This document shows, in pieces, positions 29,114 through 38,236 of a stretch of DNA of 64,000 bases. A model generated the notes under the pieces. The model was not told the origin of the DNA. It saw only the letters and a list, made by a program, of their open reading frames with translations, and ran no database searches. The stretch is from Patescibacteria group bacterium (GTDB taxonomy: Bacteria; Patescibacteriota; Microgenomatia; 2-02-FULL-39-11). The stretch lies in contig JAMCUI010000007.1 in NCBI GenBank assembly GCA_023379265.1, positions 82,330 through 146,329 of the forward strand, given 5' to 3'. Position 1 is the first letter of the stretch; each line of letters starts with the position of its first letter. A program made the translations under genes and the position numbers.

Positions 29114-30091
29114 ATGAAAGCAACTGCGCTTGCACCATCAAATATCGCTTTTATCAAATATTGGGGGAGAATTGATGAGATTTTACGGTTGCCTACAAAC
29201 AGTAGTATTTCCATGAATTTAAGCGGGATGCATACTGTGACTACTGTGGAATTTTCAGTAAAATATGAAAGGGATGATGTTGAGATTGATTGGCAAAAGA
29301 ATGATAGAGAAACGGAACGCATTGTTGATCATTTGGATAGGATAAGAAATTTAGCCAAAATTAACGACAGGGCAAGAGTCGTCAGTAGGAATAATTTTCC
29401 GTCTTCTACTGGTCTTTCCTCGTCAGCTTCAGGATTTGCCGCTTTGACTGTATCTGCTTCTAAAGCTGCAGGTTTGGAATTGCCGGAAAAAAAGTTGTCG
29501 GTATTAGCTCGGTTGGCATCAGGGTCTGCCTGCCGATCAATACCTGACGGTTTTGTAGAGTGGGAGAAAGGAATAGACGGTGAAAGTTCGTATGCTTTTT
29601 CTTTGTACGCCTCAAAATGGTGGCAGATTGCAGATATTGTTGTCATTGTTTCCCAAAATAAAAAAGATATGCCTACTACACAGGGTCAAAAACTTGCAGG
29701 TACTAGTCCTTTTTTCAAGACCAGGCTGAATCTGATAAATGAGAAAATTAAAGAATGTAAAAGCGCTATCGCCGAAAGAAGTTTTTTGGCTTTTGGTAAT
29801 CTTATCGAAAAGGAAGCGTTGGAAATGCACGCTATTATGCTGACTTCAGATCCTCCTTTAATATACTGGCAGCCGGCAACTTTACAAATGATGAAATTAG
29901 TGGAAAAATGGCGCAAAGAGGGATTACAGGTCTATTTTACGGTAAATACCGGGCAGGATATTCATCTAATTTGCAAGAAGGATGATGTAGAAAGAGTTAT
30001 GGTTAAACTGAGAAGTTTAGATATCGTAAGAAATATAATTATTAATTATCCGGCAAAAGGAACACGGTTGGTAAAAAAACATCTTTTTTAA
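29114..30091 (+). CDS. mvaD: Diphosphomevalonate decarboxylase
   Basis: NIAFIKYWG, NNFP...GLSSSASG, RLASGSACRS. Confidence 0.93.
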   Translation: MKATALAPSNIAFIKYWGRIDEILRLPTNSSISMNLSGMHTVTTVEFSVKYERDDVEIDWQKNDRETERIVDHLDRIRNLAKINDRARVVSRNNFPSSTGLSSSASGFAALTVSASKAAGLELPEKKLSVLARLASGSACRSIPDGFVEWEKGIDGESSYAFSLYASKWWQIADIVVIVSQNKKDMPTTQGQKLAGTSPFFKTRLNLINEKIKECKSAIAERSFLAFGNLIEKEALEMHAIMLTSDPPLIYWQPATLQMMKLVEKWRKEGLQVYFTVNTGQDIHLICKKDDVERVMVKLRSLDIVRNIIINYPAKGTRLVKKHLF

Positions 30092-30092
30092 T

Positions 30093-30797
30093 ATGGAAGA
30101 TTCTGCGAAATTACACATACCAAAGCATGTAGCTATCATTATGGATGGCAACCGCCGTTGGGCAAAGGAAAAAGGCTTACCTTCATTTGAAGGTCATCGA
30201 ATCGGTGAAGAAAAAATTGAGCCTATTGTAGATAAGGCAATAGAACTCGGCATAAAGAATCTTACTTTTTGGGCGTTTTCTACTGAAAATTGGAATCGTA
30301 CAAAAAAAGAAGTTTCATTCCTGATGAATTTATATAGACGTCAGTTAAATAAAAAGGTGGATAATTTCCATAAGAAAAATGTCAAGGTCAACGTCATAGG
30401 TAATATAACAATGTTCCCAGAGGATATACAAAGGAAGACTGCAAAATGGATGGAAAAAACAAAAGATAATACTAGGATTACTGTAAATATTGCGCTCAGT
30501 TATGGCGGAAGAGACGAGATAATCCGCGCTATTGAAAAATGGCAGATTAAATTTGGGAAATCAAAGTCAAAACTGACAAAGGAAGAGTTTGAGAAATATT
30601 TAGATACTGCCGGTCAGCCGGATCCTGATTTGCTAATAAGAACCGGTGGAGAAAAAAGATTATCAGGTTTTCTTTTATGGCAAATGGAATATGCTGAGTT
30701 TTATTTTACAGATGCTTATTGGCCAGTTTTTACACCTGAAGAGTTTATGAAAGCAATCATTGATTATTCGGGAAGAATGAGGCGTTTTGGGAAGTAG
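30093..30797 (+). CDS. uppS: Undecaprenyl diphosphate synthase (cis-prenyltransferase)
   Basis: HVAIIMDGNRRWA, AFSTENW, YGGRDEI, PDLLIRTGGEKRLSGFLLWQ. Confidence 0.96.
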   Translation: MEDSAKLHIPKHVAIIMDGNRRWAKEKGLPSFEGHRIGEEKIEPIVDKAIELGIKNLTFWAFSTENWNRTKKEVSFLMNLYRRQLNKKVDNFHKKNVKVNVIGNITMFPEDIQRKTAKWMEKTKDNTRITVNIALSYGGRDEIIRAIEKWQIKFGKSKSKLTKEEFEKYLDTAGQPDPDLLIRTGGEKRLSGFLLWQMEYAEFYFTDAYWPVFTPEEFMKAIIDYSGRMRRFGK

Positions 30798-30909
30798 TTT
30801 TATCATCAAGAGCGTAAGAACTGGGAATTCTGCGCGAGAGTTATGATGTTTTTACCTTTGTAATGTATAATGAATAGAAATAGAAGGTTTTACGATAAAA
30901 GGATGATTT

Positions 30910-31749
30910 ATGGATAGAGAACGTCTGACAATTACATTGAAAAAAACCGTTTTGTCACAAGTAGATAAATTTATTGACGGGACCAGAATACGTAATCGTT
31001 CCCACGCAATAGAATATCTTATCACCCAAAGCCTGACGCCAAAAATCAACCAAGCAGTGATATTGGCTGGAGGTAATGGACTTAATATGCGGCCATTTAC
31101 TTTCGAGATGCCTAAAGGCCTTTTTCCTGTGGGGGGAAAGCCTATTTTGGAATATGTCGTTGAGCTTTTGCGTCAGTACGAGATAAGAAACCTGATTTTT
31201 TCCATTGGACATCTTGGAGGTAAAATAAAAGAACATTTCGGAGACGGTAAAAAATATGGTGTTAATATAAAGTACGTGGAGGAAGAAAAGGAAGCGGGTA
31301 CGGGTGGAGCTCTTAATTTAGCTAAAAAATATATTACTGGCGATACATTTCTAGTGGTACACGGAGACATACTTATTGATATACAGTTATCCGATTTCAT
31401 ACTCTTTCATAAAGAGCAGGATACAATAGCCACAATTGCACTTACATCGGTAGCTGACCCTTCCAGTTTCGGCGAAGTTGTGATGCAAGGAACAAAAATC
31501 ACTAAATTTGTGGAGAAACCGCAAAAAGGTATGCATACTTCCCAACTGATAAGCTGCGGCGTCTATCTTTTTAATAAAGATATTTTTAAGTATATACCCC
31601 AAAAAGAATTTTCACTTTTGGAAAATATTTTTCCTGAGTTGGCAACAAAGGAACAGTTGTCGGGTTTTCTTTTTGGAGGAAAATGGGTAGACATAAGCAG
31701 TCCATCATCATACGAAAAAGCAATTAAAGAGTGGGGCCAGAGAAAATAA
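30910..31749 (+). CDS. Ribbon-helix-helix domain fused to a sugar-phosphate nucleotidyltransferase domain
   Basis: N-terminus RERLTITL...VD..I....NRSHAIE (CopG/NikR-like); AVILAGG.G..MRP.T...PK, GTGGAL, HGD, FVEKP. Confidence 0.82.
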   Translation: MDRERLTITLKKTVLSQVDKFIDGTRIRNRSHAIEYLITQSLTPKINQAVILAGGNGLNMRPFTFEMPKGLFPVGGKPILEYVVELLRQYEIRNLIFSIGHLGGKIKEHFGDGKKYGVNIKYVEEEKEAGTGGALNLAKKYITGDTFLVVHGDILIDIQLSDFILFHKEQDTIATIALTSVADPSSFGEVVMQGTKITKFVEKPQKGMHTSQLISCGVYLFNKDIFKYIPQKEFSLLENIFPELATKEQLSGFLFGGKWVDISSPSSYEKAIKEWGQRK

Positions 31750-31787
31750 GCGCGTATACTTCTTAAAAGAGATGATATAATTGATGT

Positions 31788-33110
31788 TTGATGGATCCAA
31801 ATACTGCATTTCCACCCGGCTCTCCGCCAATTGCACCATCCAGTCCTCCATTGGTACCTCCCGGTTATTCACAACAGATGCCTGATAATTCACCCTTCAA
31901 GAAACTTCTTCCGCTTGTTCTGGTAGTTGTAGTCTTAATGATTTTATTCTCAGGTATATTGGTATTATCTGTGGGAAAATCAGGTAAACAGCAAACAGTG
32001 CCAACGCCTACTTTGCGTCCGACAGCTACTCCGTTTGTCGCTCCTACAATGCCTATGGTCTCACCGTCCACCTCATCCTTGTCAGCAAATTTAGTGACGC
32101 CGATAAAAATCGGTAGGTTGTCTTTTATACGAGACGGTGATATTTACAATAGCGATCTTGCCACTTATTCACTTTTAGTCAAAAATGATATTCACGCAGC
32201 AGATATGCTTTCCTGGTCACCAGACGGAAATTTCCTGGCTTGGAGGGAAAAAACAACGTCTGCCACTCCTTCTGCGATTATGATATATAAGAGAAATAAT
32301 AAACGTACATTTGAAATAAAACCATTTGAAGAAGGAAAAATTAATGAAGTGATTGATTATGCCTGGTCTCCTGATGAGTCACAGATGTCTGTATTATCCC
32401 ATGGTACTTTTTATAATCTGAATTTGTACAGTTTGATATCTTCTTCCTCAGGAGAAAATATTGTCGGGCGTAGTGAAAAGATAAAACAAATAGTATGGCC
32501 TAATCCTAAAACCATACTTTTTTCTGGTAGTGACGGGATAACAGCTTATGATTTGGCTTCAAATTCTGCAAGTCTGATTGTTGATAATCCGAAAGTTATG
32601 CATATGAATTTAAGTCCGGATCATAAAAAACTCCTTTATAGTATTGGGGATAATAGTAAAAGCGATTTATATACAATTAATATTGATGGAACTGATAATA
32701 AGCAGCTTCCCTTGCAACCGGTAAAAATAGATATGGGAACAACCAATTTGCCTCAGTCAATTCTGGAAAAAGGTTTTATCCCTTATGCGGTCTGGATGCC
32801 GGATAGCAATAATTTACTTGTCGGTTATCACTATATTACAAATCTACCCTTAGTAGGCAAGTATAATTTGCAGAATAATTCATTTACTGCTATAGCGCCT
32901 TTTATGCTCTACCAAACGGATATTATGGTGGATAGCCTGCGTTTGTTGGGAAACAGAGTAAATACTTTTTCTAGCGCCATTCCTACCTGGCAAATTTCTC
33001 TTTTTACTCTTGAGGATAATGCAAATCTTGGTTTGGTTAGAGTGATACCAGACGCTTCTTCCCCTGCATTTTTCGGAAACGATATATTACCTGGAGGAAA
33101 TACTTTCTAG
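31788..33110 (+). CDS. Membrane-anchored TolB/PD40 beta-propeller protein
   Basis: Pro-rich N-terminus, TM, PT-rich linker, repeated WSPDG/WSPDE/LSPD. Confidence 0.75.
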   Translation: MMDPNTAFPPGSPPIAPSSPPLVPPGYSQQMPDNSPFKKLLPLVLVVVVLMILFSGILVLSVGKSGKQQTVPTPTLRPTATPFVAPTMPMVSPSTSSLSANLVTPIKIGRLSFIRDGDIYNSDLATYSLLVKNDIHAADMLSWSPDGNFLAWREKTTSATPSAIMIYKRNNKRTFEIKPFEEGKINEVIDYAWSPDESQMSVLSHGTFYNLNLYSLISSSSGENIVGRSEKIKQIVWPNPKTILFSGSDGITAYDLASNSASLIVDNPKVMHMNLSPDHKKLLYSIGDNSKSDLYTINIDGTDNKQLPLQPVKIDMGTTNLPQSILEKGFIPYAVWMPDSNNLLVGYHYITNLPLVGKYNLQNNSFTAIAPFMLYQTDIMVDSLRLLGNRVNTFSSAIPTWQISLFTLEDNANLGLVRVIPDASSPAFFGNDILPGGNTF

Positions 33111-33132
33111 TTCTTGTCTTTCCTATATTTTC

Positions 33133-33441
33133 CTACTGTATTTTTAAGATAAACTGCACTATTTGGACTATCCAGTACGCCACGAATATGAGAATAAAAC
33201 CCAGTAATGCATTTGTAATTTTATTTTTTCCCGACTCTGCCTTTTTAGGATCGCCCATTGAAGTGAGAAAATCAAAACCGCCCCAAACTAAGTATAACAA
33301 AAGAAAGACTCCCGCAACCGGAAAAACAATCCTATTTGTGGCCTGTGTGACAATAGATGCTAAATTTGGAAATCTATCAGCTGGTAAAGGCCCTACTATT
33401 TGTTGTCCACCAGGGAGATTTAATATTTGAGCAATTTTCAT
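33133..33441 (-). CDS. VirB2/TrbC-like (T4SS_pilin) protein
   Basis: MKIAQ start; GGFDFLTSMGDPKKAESGKNKITNALLG. Confidence 0.8.
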   Translation of the reverse strand: MKIAQILNLPGGQQIVGPLPADRFPNLASIVTQATNRIVFPVAGVFLLLYLVWGGFDFLTSMGDPKKAESGKNKITNALLGFILIFVAYWIVQIVQFILKIQ

Positions 33442-33476
33442 AATTCAATATTATATTAAAATTAGTACTATCTCAA

Positions 33477-34808
33477 TTATCCAAATCCCGGAATTTTGAA
33501 AATATCGACACCGATAAACTTTAATAAAAATACTGAGAATATGATGAGAAATAATCCTGATAATGATGAAATAATTATCTGACGGGCCTCCTCAATCTGT
33601 TCTGTATTTCCGGCAGACGTCAATATCATAAAGGCACCATATATAAAATATAGGAAAGATATACCACCAGCCATTCCTACGCCAGTAGTGAATATATAAT
33701 CTTTTATCAGGGCAGTGAAATCCAACGGTATACACCCGATAGCTGTCCACATTTTTCTACCACTGGCCAAACAAGCAGAACACTTACTTTGATATTGTGG
33801 GTCCAATTGATCGCAAAGAGGCTTAATATCAGGAACAAAAGCAACCGTAGGATGTACTGCTCCCGGGCAACCTGGACATGTATTACAACCATTGGAGCAT
33901 GTTCCTGTGTTGCAAGGAGAAAGTGAACAGAATGACGGAATAGTGGGAGTGAGTATAGGGGTAGAGGTGGGATTTGGAGTTGCGCCTTTTGGTGCTATTT
34001 CAAAAGTAGTGGAGCACATCTGCTGAGCGTTTTTATAAATAAGTAAATCGTGATCAATTAAAAATCGTAAAGTGGCATTCATAACACCAAAAGATGCAAT
34101 TGATACTGCTGTTGCGGTAGGATCAATTTCCAGTTGATAGACTGATGTATTATGTTGTCCGGCAGTTCTCAGATTTATGGGAATTGGCTCCTCAATTGTT
34201 GAGGTGGGACTTTCTACAGCTACTTGATTACCATCAATGGTAATTCTAAGGGGATTTGGTATTGATATGGAAAATCCAGGTATGCTGACTGGTACAAAGA
34301 AAGTAGCATTTTTTATATCAGACGCAACCACTTTCCATGAAGCATCGTCGACATCCCCCAAACCTGTGTAATTTGCCTCGATTTTACATGTAGGATTTAA
34401 AGCATTTATTGTAATTGTGCTGATATTGCATACTTGTATATTCTGATTGGCTAATTTATATATTAATTCAACAGAGTGGGTGCCTGGACTTGTGAGAAAT
34501 GGTCCACAAATTCCATTGTTGTTTGTTGAAAATACGGGATTATTCGGATCAGACACTACAGGGTTTCCACATGCTTCATTTTCTGGAAAAGAAAAAACCA
34601 ATTGTCCTCCTGAGGGGTATTTTGACAGCTCCTGTTGGACAATAGCTCCATCAAATTTTAGTGAAATACTGTTTACGGGAGCAGTCAATGGTGGTCTAGG
34701 ATTTACTATCAAATTGCAGTCTGCAGCAGCACTTGTTTTTGTGACTGAAGAAAAGAAAAAAAATGTTAAGAAAATGAGGCAGACGGCTGCTTTAACTGTA
34801 TTTCGCAT
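33477..34808 (-). CDS. Large Cys-rich secreted protein with a C-terminal VirB2-like pilin domain
   Basis: Signal peptide, beta-rich domains, PT linker, Cys cluster, WTAIGCI, GAFMILTSAGN.EQIEEARQII. Confidence 0.75.
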   Translation of the reverse strand: MRNTVKAAVCLIFLTFFFFSSVTKTSAAADCNLIVNPRPPLTAPVNSISLKFDGAIVQQELSKYPSGGQLVFSFPENEACGNPVVSDPNNPVFSTNNNGICGPFLTSPGTHSVELIYKLANQNIQVCNISTITINALNPTCKIEANYTGLGDVDDASWKVVASDIKNATFFVPVSIPGFSISIPNPLRITIDGNQVAVESPTSTIEEPIPINLRTAGQHNTSVYQLEIDPTATAVSIASFGVMNATLRFLIDHDLLIYKNAQQMCSTTFEIAPKGATPNPTSTPILTPTIPSFCSLSPCNTGTCSNGCNTCPGCPGAVHPTVAFVPDIKPLCDQLDPQYQSKCSACLASGRKMWTAIGCIPLDFTALIKDYIFTTGVGMAGGISFLYFIYGAFMILTSAGNTEQIEEARQIIISSLSGLFLIIFSVFLLKFIGVDIFKIPGFG

Positions 34809-34847
34809 GTTATTGCTAAATCAAAAGGCGCAATTCAATTTGTAAGT

Positions 34848-35333
34848 CTAACTGAACCCTGGAATTCTAAAGATGTCAAAACCAACAAAATGCAAGAGAA
34901 ATACGGAGAATAATATGAGGAGGATTCCTACAATTGAAGAAAAAATCATATCCTTCCCGTTTCTAAGACGTTCAGGGTCACCTGAGGATGTAAGAACAGT
35001 TGCGCTGCCTGCAAGAACTGCCAGAAAAGCAATCCCTCCTGAGACTCCAAAAACAATAGAGAGTATTGATTTGACAAAAAATTCAGGTTTAGTGGAAAGA
35101 CATCCTAAGACTGTATAGTAAGTACCCTTTTGCTCATTTCCGTTCAGGTCATAAAGACATGTATGACACTGGTCCCAGTTGGGAGGTTTTGGATTGAATG
35201 CCGGGTTACACCAACCGCAAAGATCACACGTAGGCTGATCAGTTGGCGTTGCGTCTTGAGCTTTTACCAGGTTTACACTAAATAAAAGAGCGATGAAAAA
35301 AATAAATAAAAATATAAGTGTTTTGTTGGGCAT
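34848..35333 (-). CDS. Cys-rich VirB2-like pilin protein
   Basis: Signal peptide, CDLCGWC/CHTC, YTVLGCL, LTSSGDPERLRNGKDMI. Confidence 0.75.
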   Translation of the reverse strand: MPNKTLIFLFIFFIALLFSVNLVKAQDATPTDQPTCDLCGWCNPAFNPKPPNWDQCHTCLYDLNGNEQKGTYYTVLGCLSTKPEFFVKSILSIVFGVSGGIAFLAVLAGSATVLTSSGDPERLRNGKDMIFSSIVGILLILFSVFLLHFVGFDIFRIPGFS

Positions 35334-35414
35334 TGAGTTTAGTGTAGCAAATGGAGAGTGGAATTCAAGAGATGGTCAAATATTACATCCATATGCACCA
35401 TTTTGGTTGTATAA

Positions 35415-37274
35415 TTGTCTTATACCTCTTTAACTATTCATGATATGTTTCTTAGACCTTCAAATAATAAACAAAAGAAGTTATTCTTACTGTTCAAATC
35501 AGACAAGAGGATCAGAAAGTTAGTCTTAATTGCAGGGAGCCTCTTTTTGATGATTGTGTTTCTTTTTCCTTCTTTATTTACCGCATTACATCCTGTAATT
35601 GCCGATGATTGCAATCAGACATGTTTTGATCAATTAACAAAGCAGATTGGCGATTTGAACCGTGCTTTACAGTTGTCTATTGCTGCAACAACCCCTTTGG
35701 AAAAAAATCTTGACCAATTGCAGAACAATCTGGCTGATATTAAACAAAAAATAGCTGCAATTGAGGCTGATGTTGAACAGAAACAAAAAGAGGTGGATGA
35801 GGGAGACAAGTTGTTAGTTTTAGCTCAAGACCTTCTAGGCAAAAAGGTGCGTGCACTTTATAAAACATCCTCATATTTTGGAGGAAGCGGACTTTTTATT
35901 CTCTTAAATAACAATCTGTCACAATCCGTCAGAGAATTTGGTTATCAGAGGAAATTGATGGAGGACGACAGGGATGCAATTATACAGGTAGTACTTTATG
36001 TACAGGATCTTGAAGTAAAGAAAAAGAATCTCGAGGAAGAGAAGACGCGTTTGGCACAAGTTAAGGATGAAACTGACAAGCAAGCAGTAACACTTCAGAC
36101 AGTTATTGAAGGTGCAAAAAAATACCAGGCAGATTTGACTTCGCAAATAGCCCAGTTGACAGCCCGTCAACAGCAAATATTGGCACAAAGGCTAGCAAGC
36201 TTAAATATTCCACTTTCAGCAGCTTCGATGGGTCGGTGTGACAGTGATCTCACTAATGGGCGTGACCCTGGATTTTCCCCAAAATTTGCTGTCTTTACCT
36301 ATGGTGTGCCAAATAGGGTTGGACTCAATCAGTGGGGAGCCTATGGGAGGGCAAGAGCGGGTCAGGGATACGATCAGATACTTCATTCTTACTATAATTT
36401 TGACGGCTATAAAGATTGGGATACTAATACAAAGATTAATGTTGATGGTTACGGCAGCTATAACCTTGAAGATTATGTGAAAAGGGTTTACGAAGTACCA
36501 AATTCGTGGGGAGACGGTGGCGGTATGGAAGCGTTGAAAGCCCAGGCGATTGCCGCAAGATCCTATGCTCTGGCTTATACCAATAACGGATCGGGTTCCA
36601 TTTGCACATCGGAAAGTTGTCAAGTATTTCAGTCTCAAGACAAAGGAGGAAACTGGGATGCGGCAGTCGATGCCACTCGTGGAAAAGTGATGGTTCAGGG
36701 AGGCAACCCTATTAAAGCCTGGTTTTCGTCAACGCATGGCGGATATGTCTTTAGCTCTGGGGATGTCGGATGGAGTAATACTTCATGGACAAAGAATGCA
36801 CGCGATACCACAGGAAATGTAGGTAGTTTTTCAGATTTGCAAAATACTTCTTATGATAAAGATTCTCCTTGGTTTTATTGTGATTGGGGATCGCGTTCGG
36901 AGTATAATAAGACTGCTTGGTTAAAACCCGATGAGTTAGCTGATATTGTAAATGTTTTAATGTTGGTAAAAAGGGACTCAGGGATAGCAGAGCATCTTTA
37001 CCAAACTGATCAACCCAATCCCGCTGGTACCGACACTTGGGATAAAAGTCGCGTAAAACAGGAATTGCAAAGTCGTGGAGGATCACCTTATAACACTATT
37101 TCAGATGTATCAGTTAGCGCAGATTTTGGATCGGGTAGGGTAACAGGAGTGACTGTTTCCGGAGATGCAGGATCCAATACTTTTGACGGAAGTGATTTCA
37201 AGAACTATTTTAATCTTCGTGCCCCTGCCAATATTCAGATTGTCGGTCCGTTATATAATATTGAAAAGAGGTAG
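35415..37274 (+). CDS. Coiled-coil + SpoIID/LytB domain putative peptidoglycan lytic transglycosylase
   Basis: Long coiled coil; VGLNQWGAYGRA, EVP.SW, EALKAQAIAARSY, C.SESCQV, FSSTHGG; start uncertain. Confidence 0.85.
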   Translation: MSYTSLTIHDMFLRPSNNKQKKLFLLFKSDKRIRKLVLIAGSLFLMIVFLFPSLFTALHPVIADDCNQTCFDQLTKQIGDLNRALQLSIAATTPLEKNLDQLQNNLADIKQKIAAIEADVEQKQKEVDEGDKLLVLAQDLLGKKVRALYKTSSYFGGSGLFILLNNNLSQSVREFGYQRKLMEDDRDAIIQVVLYVQDLEVKKKNLEEEKTRLAQVKDETDKQAVTLQTVIEGAKKYQADLTSQIAQLTARQQQILAQRLASLNIPLSAASMGRCDSDLTNGRDPGFSPKFAVFTYGVPNRVGLNQWGAYGRARAGQGYDQILHSYYNFDGYKDWDTNTKINVDGYGSYNLEDYVKRVYEVPNSWGDGGGMEALKAQAIAARSYALAYTNNGSGSICTSESCQVFQSQDKGGNWDAAVDATRGKVMVQGGNPIKAWFSSTHGGYVFSSGDVGWSNTSWTKNARDTTGNVGSFSDLQNTSYDKDSPWFYCDWGSRSEYNKTAWLKPDELADIVNVLMLVKRDSGIAEHLYQTDQPNPAGTDTWDKSRVKQELQSRGGSPYNTISDVSVSADFGSGRVTGVTVSGDAGSNTFDGSDFKNYFNLRAPANIQIVGPLYNIEKR

Positions 37275-37302
37275 GAATAGATTTAATCATAATTTTTAAA
37301 TT

Positions 37303-37974
37303 GTGCCAGACATTTTTGTTTCTCAACCTCCTCCCACAAGCCCCGTTTCATCACCGGCTGATATTCCGATTAATACTGTAGAAAACCCTAAGAGCAAATT
37401 TTCGTATTTGGGGAAACTTTTTTCCTCATATATGTTTATGCCTGATGGGGTGAGATTTGAGACCCAAGAGCCTGGAGAAACGATCATGCTTTTGTTGCGT
37501 AAGCATTGGCTTACCAATATTGGCTGGGTATTAATAAGCGTTGTTTTACTTTTTTTGCCGTTTATATTACTTCCAATGTTAAAATTGAGCGGTACTTTAC
37601 CCGAGACGACTCCCGCTTCTTGGATAAGTCTTTTTATTCTAGCATGGTATCTATTGACGTTTAGTTATTTTCTTGTGAATTTTCTTCTTTGGTATTTTAC
37701 CGTATCAATAGTCACTAATGAAAGAATCGTGGATATAGATTTTATAAATCTACTCAATAAAAAATTTGCAGAGACAAGAGTTGCAAGAGTGGAAGATGTC
37801 ACAATGCGCACCGGTGGTTTTATCAGGTCTTTTTTTGACTACGGGGACGTTTTTGTGCAAACCGCTGCTAAAGAAGCTGTTTTTCAGTTTTTGGCTGTAC
37901 CTCATCCTGAAAAAGTGGTAATGGTAATAAATAAGATTATGGGGGTTGAAGAAGAGGAGGGAGAAGTACACTAA
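37303..37974 (+). CDS. Bacterial PH-domain membrane protein
   Basis: LRKHW, two TMs, IVTNERIVDID, FDYGDVFVQTA. Confidence 0.8.
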   Translation: MPDIFVSQPPPTSPVSSPADIPINTVENPKSKFSYLGKLFSSYMFMPDGVRFETQEPGETIMLLLRKHWLTNIGWVLISVVLLFLPFILLPMLKLSGTLPETTPASWISLFILAWYLLTFSYFLVNFLLWYFTVSIVTNERIVDIDFINLLNKKFAETRVARVEDVTMRTGGFIRSFFDYGDVFVQTAAKEAVFQFLAVPHPEKVVMVINKIMGVEEEEGEVH

Positions 37975-38210
37975 TGACTATAGAACAGATACTGGTAACA
38001 TTTATCACTTCAGCTCCGGCAGTCTTTATCAAAGCTGTAGCTGTCATTATCCTTTTTCTACACTTGGCGTTTTCAGTTGTTGTTGTAAGGCAGACAAAAT
38101 TGATGACTGGTGTTGTTGAAGCAAATATTTCACCTGCAATTTATGGAATAGCTATAATCCATTTCCTTTTTTCTCTTTTTGTATTCATGTGGGCTATTCT
38201 TTTTACTTAA
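37974..38210 (+). CDS. Small two-TM hypothetical protein
   Basis: Two hydrophobic helices with VVRQTKLM linker; translationally coupled to the upstream gene. Confidence 0.65.
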   Translation: MTIEQILVTFITSAPAVFIKAVAVIILFLHLAFSVVVVRQTKLMTGVVEANISPAIYGIAIIHFLFSLFVFMWAILFT

Positions 38211-38236
38211 AAATTGATTAAATAAAAGTAGACTGT

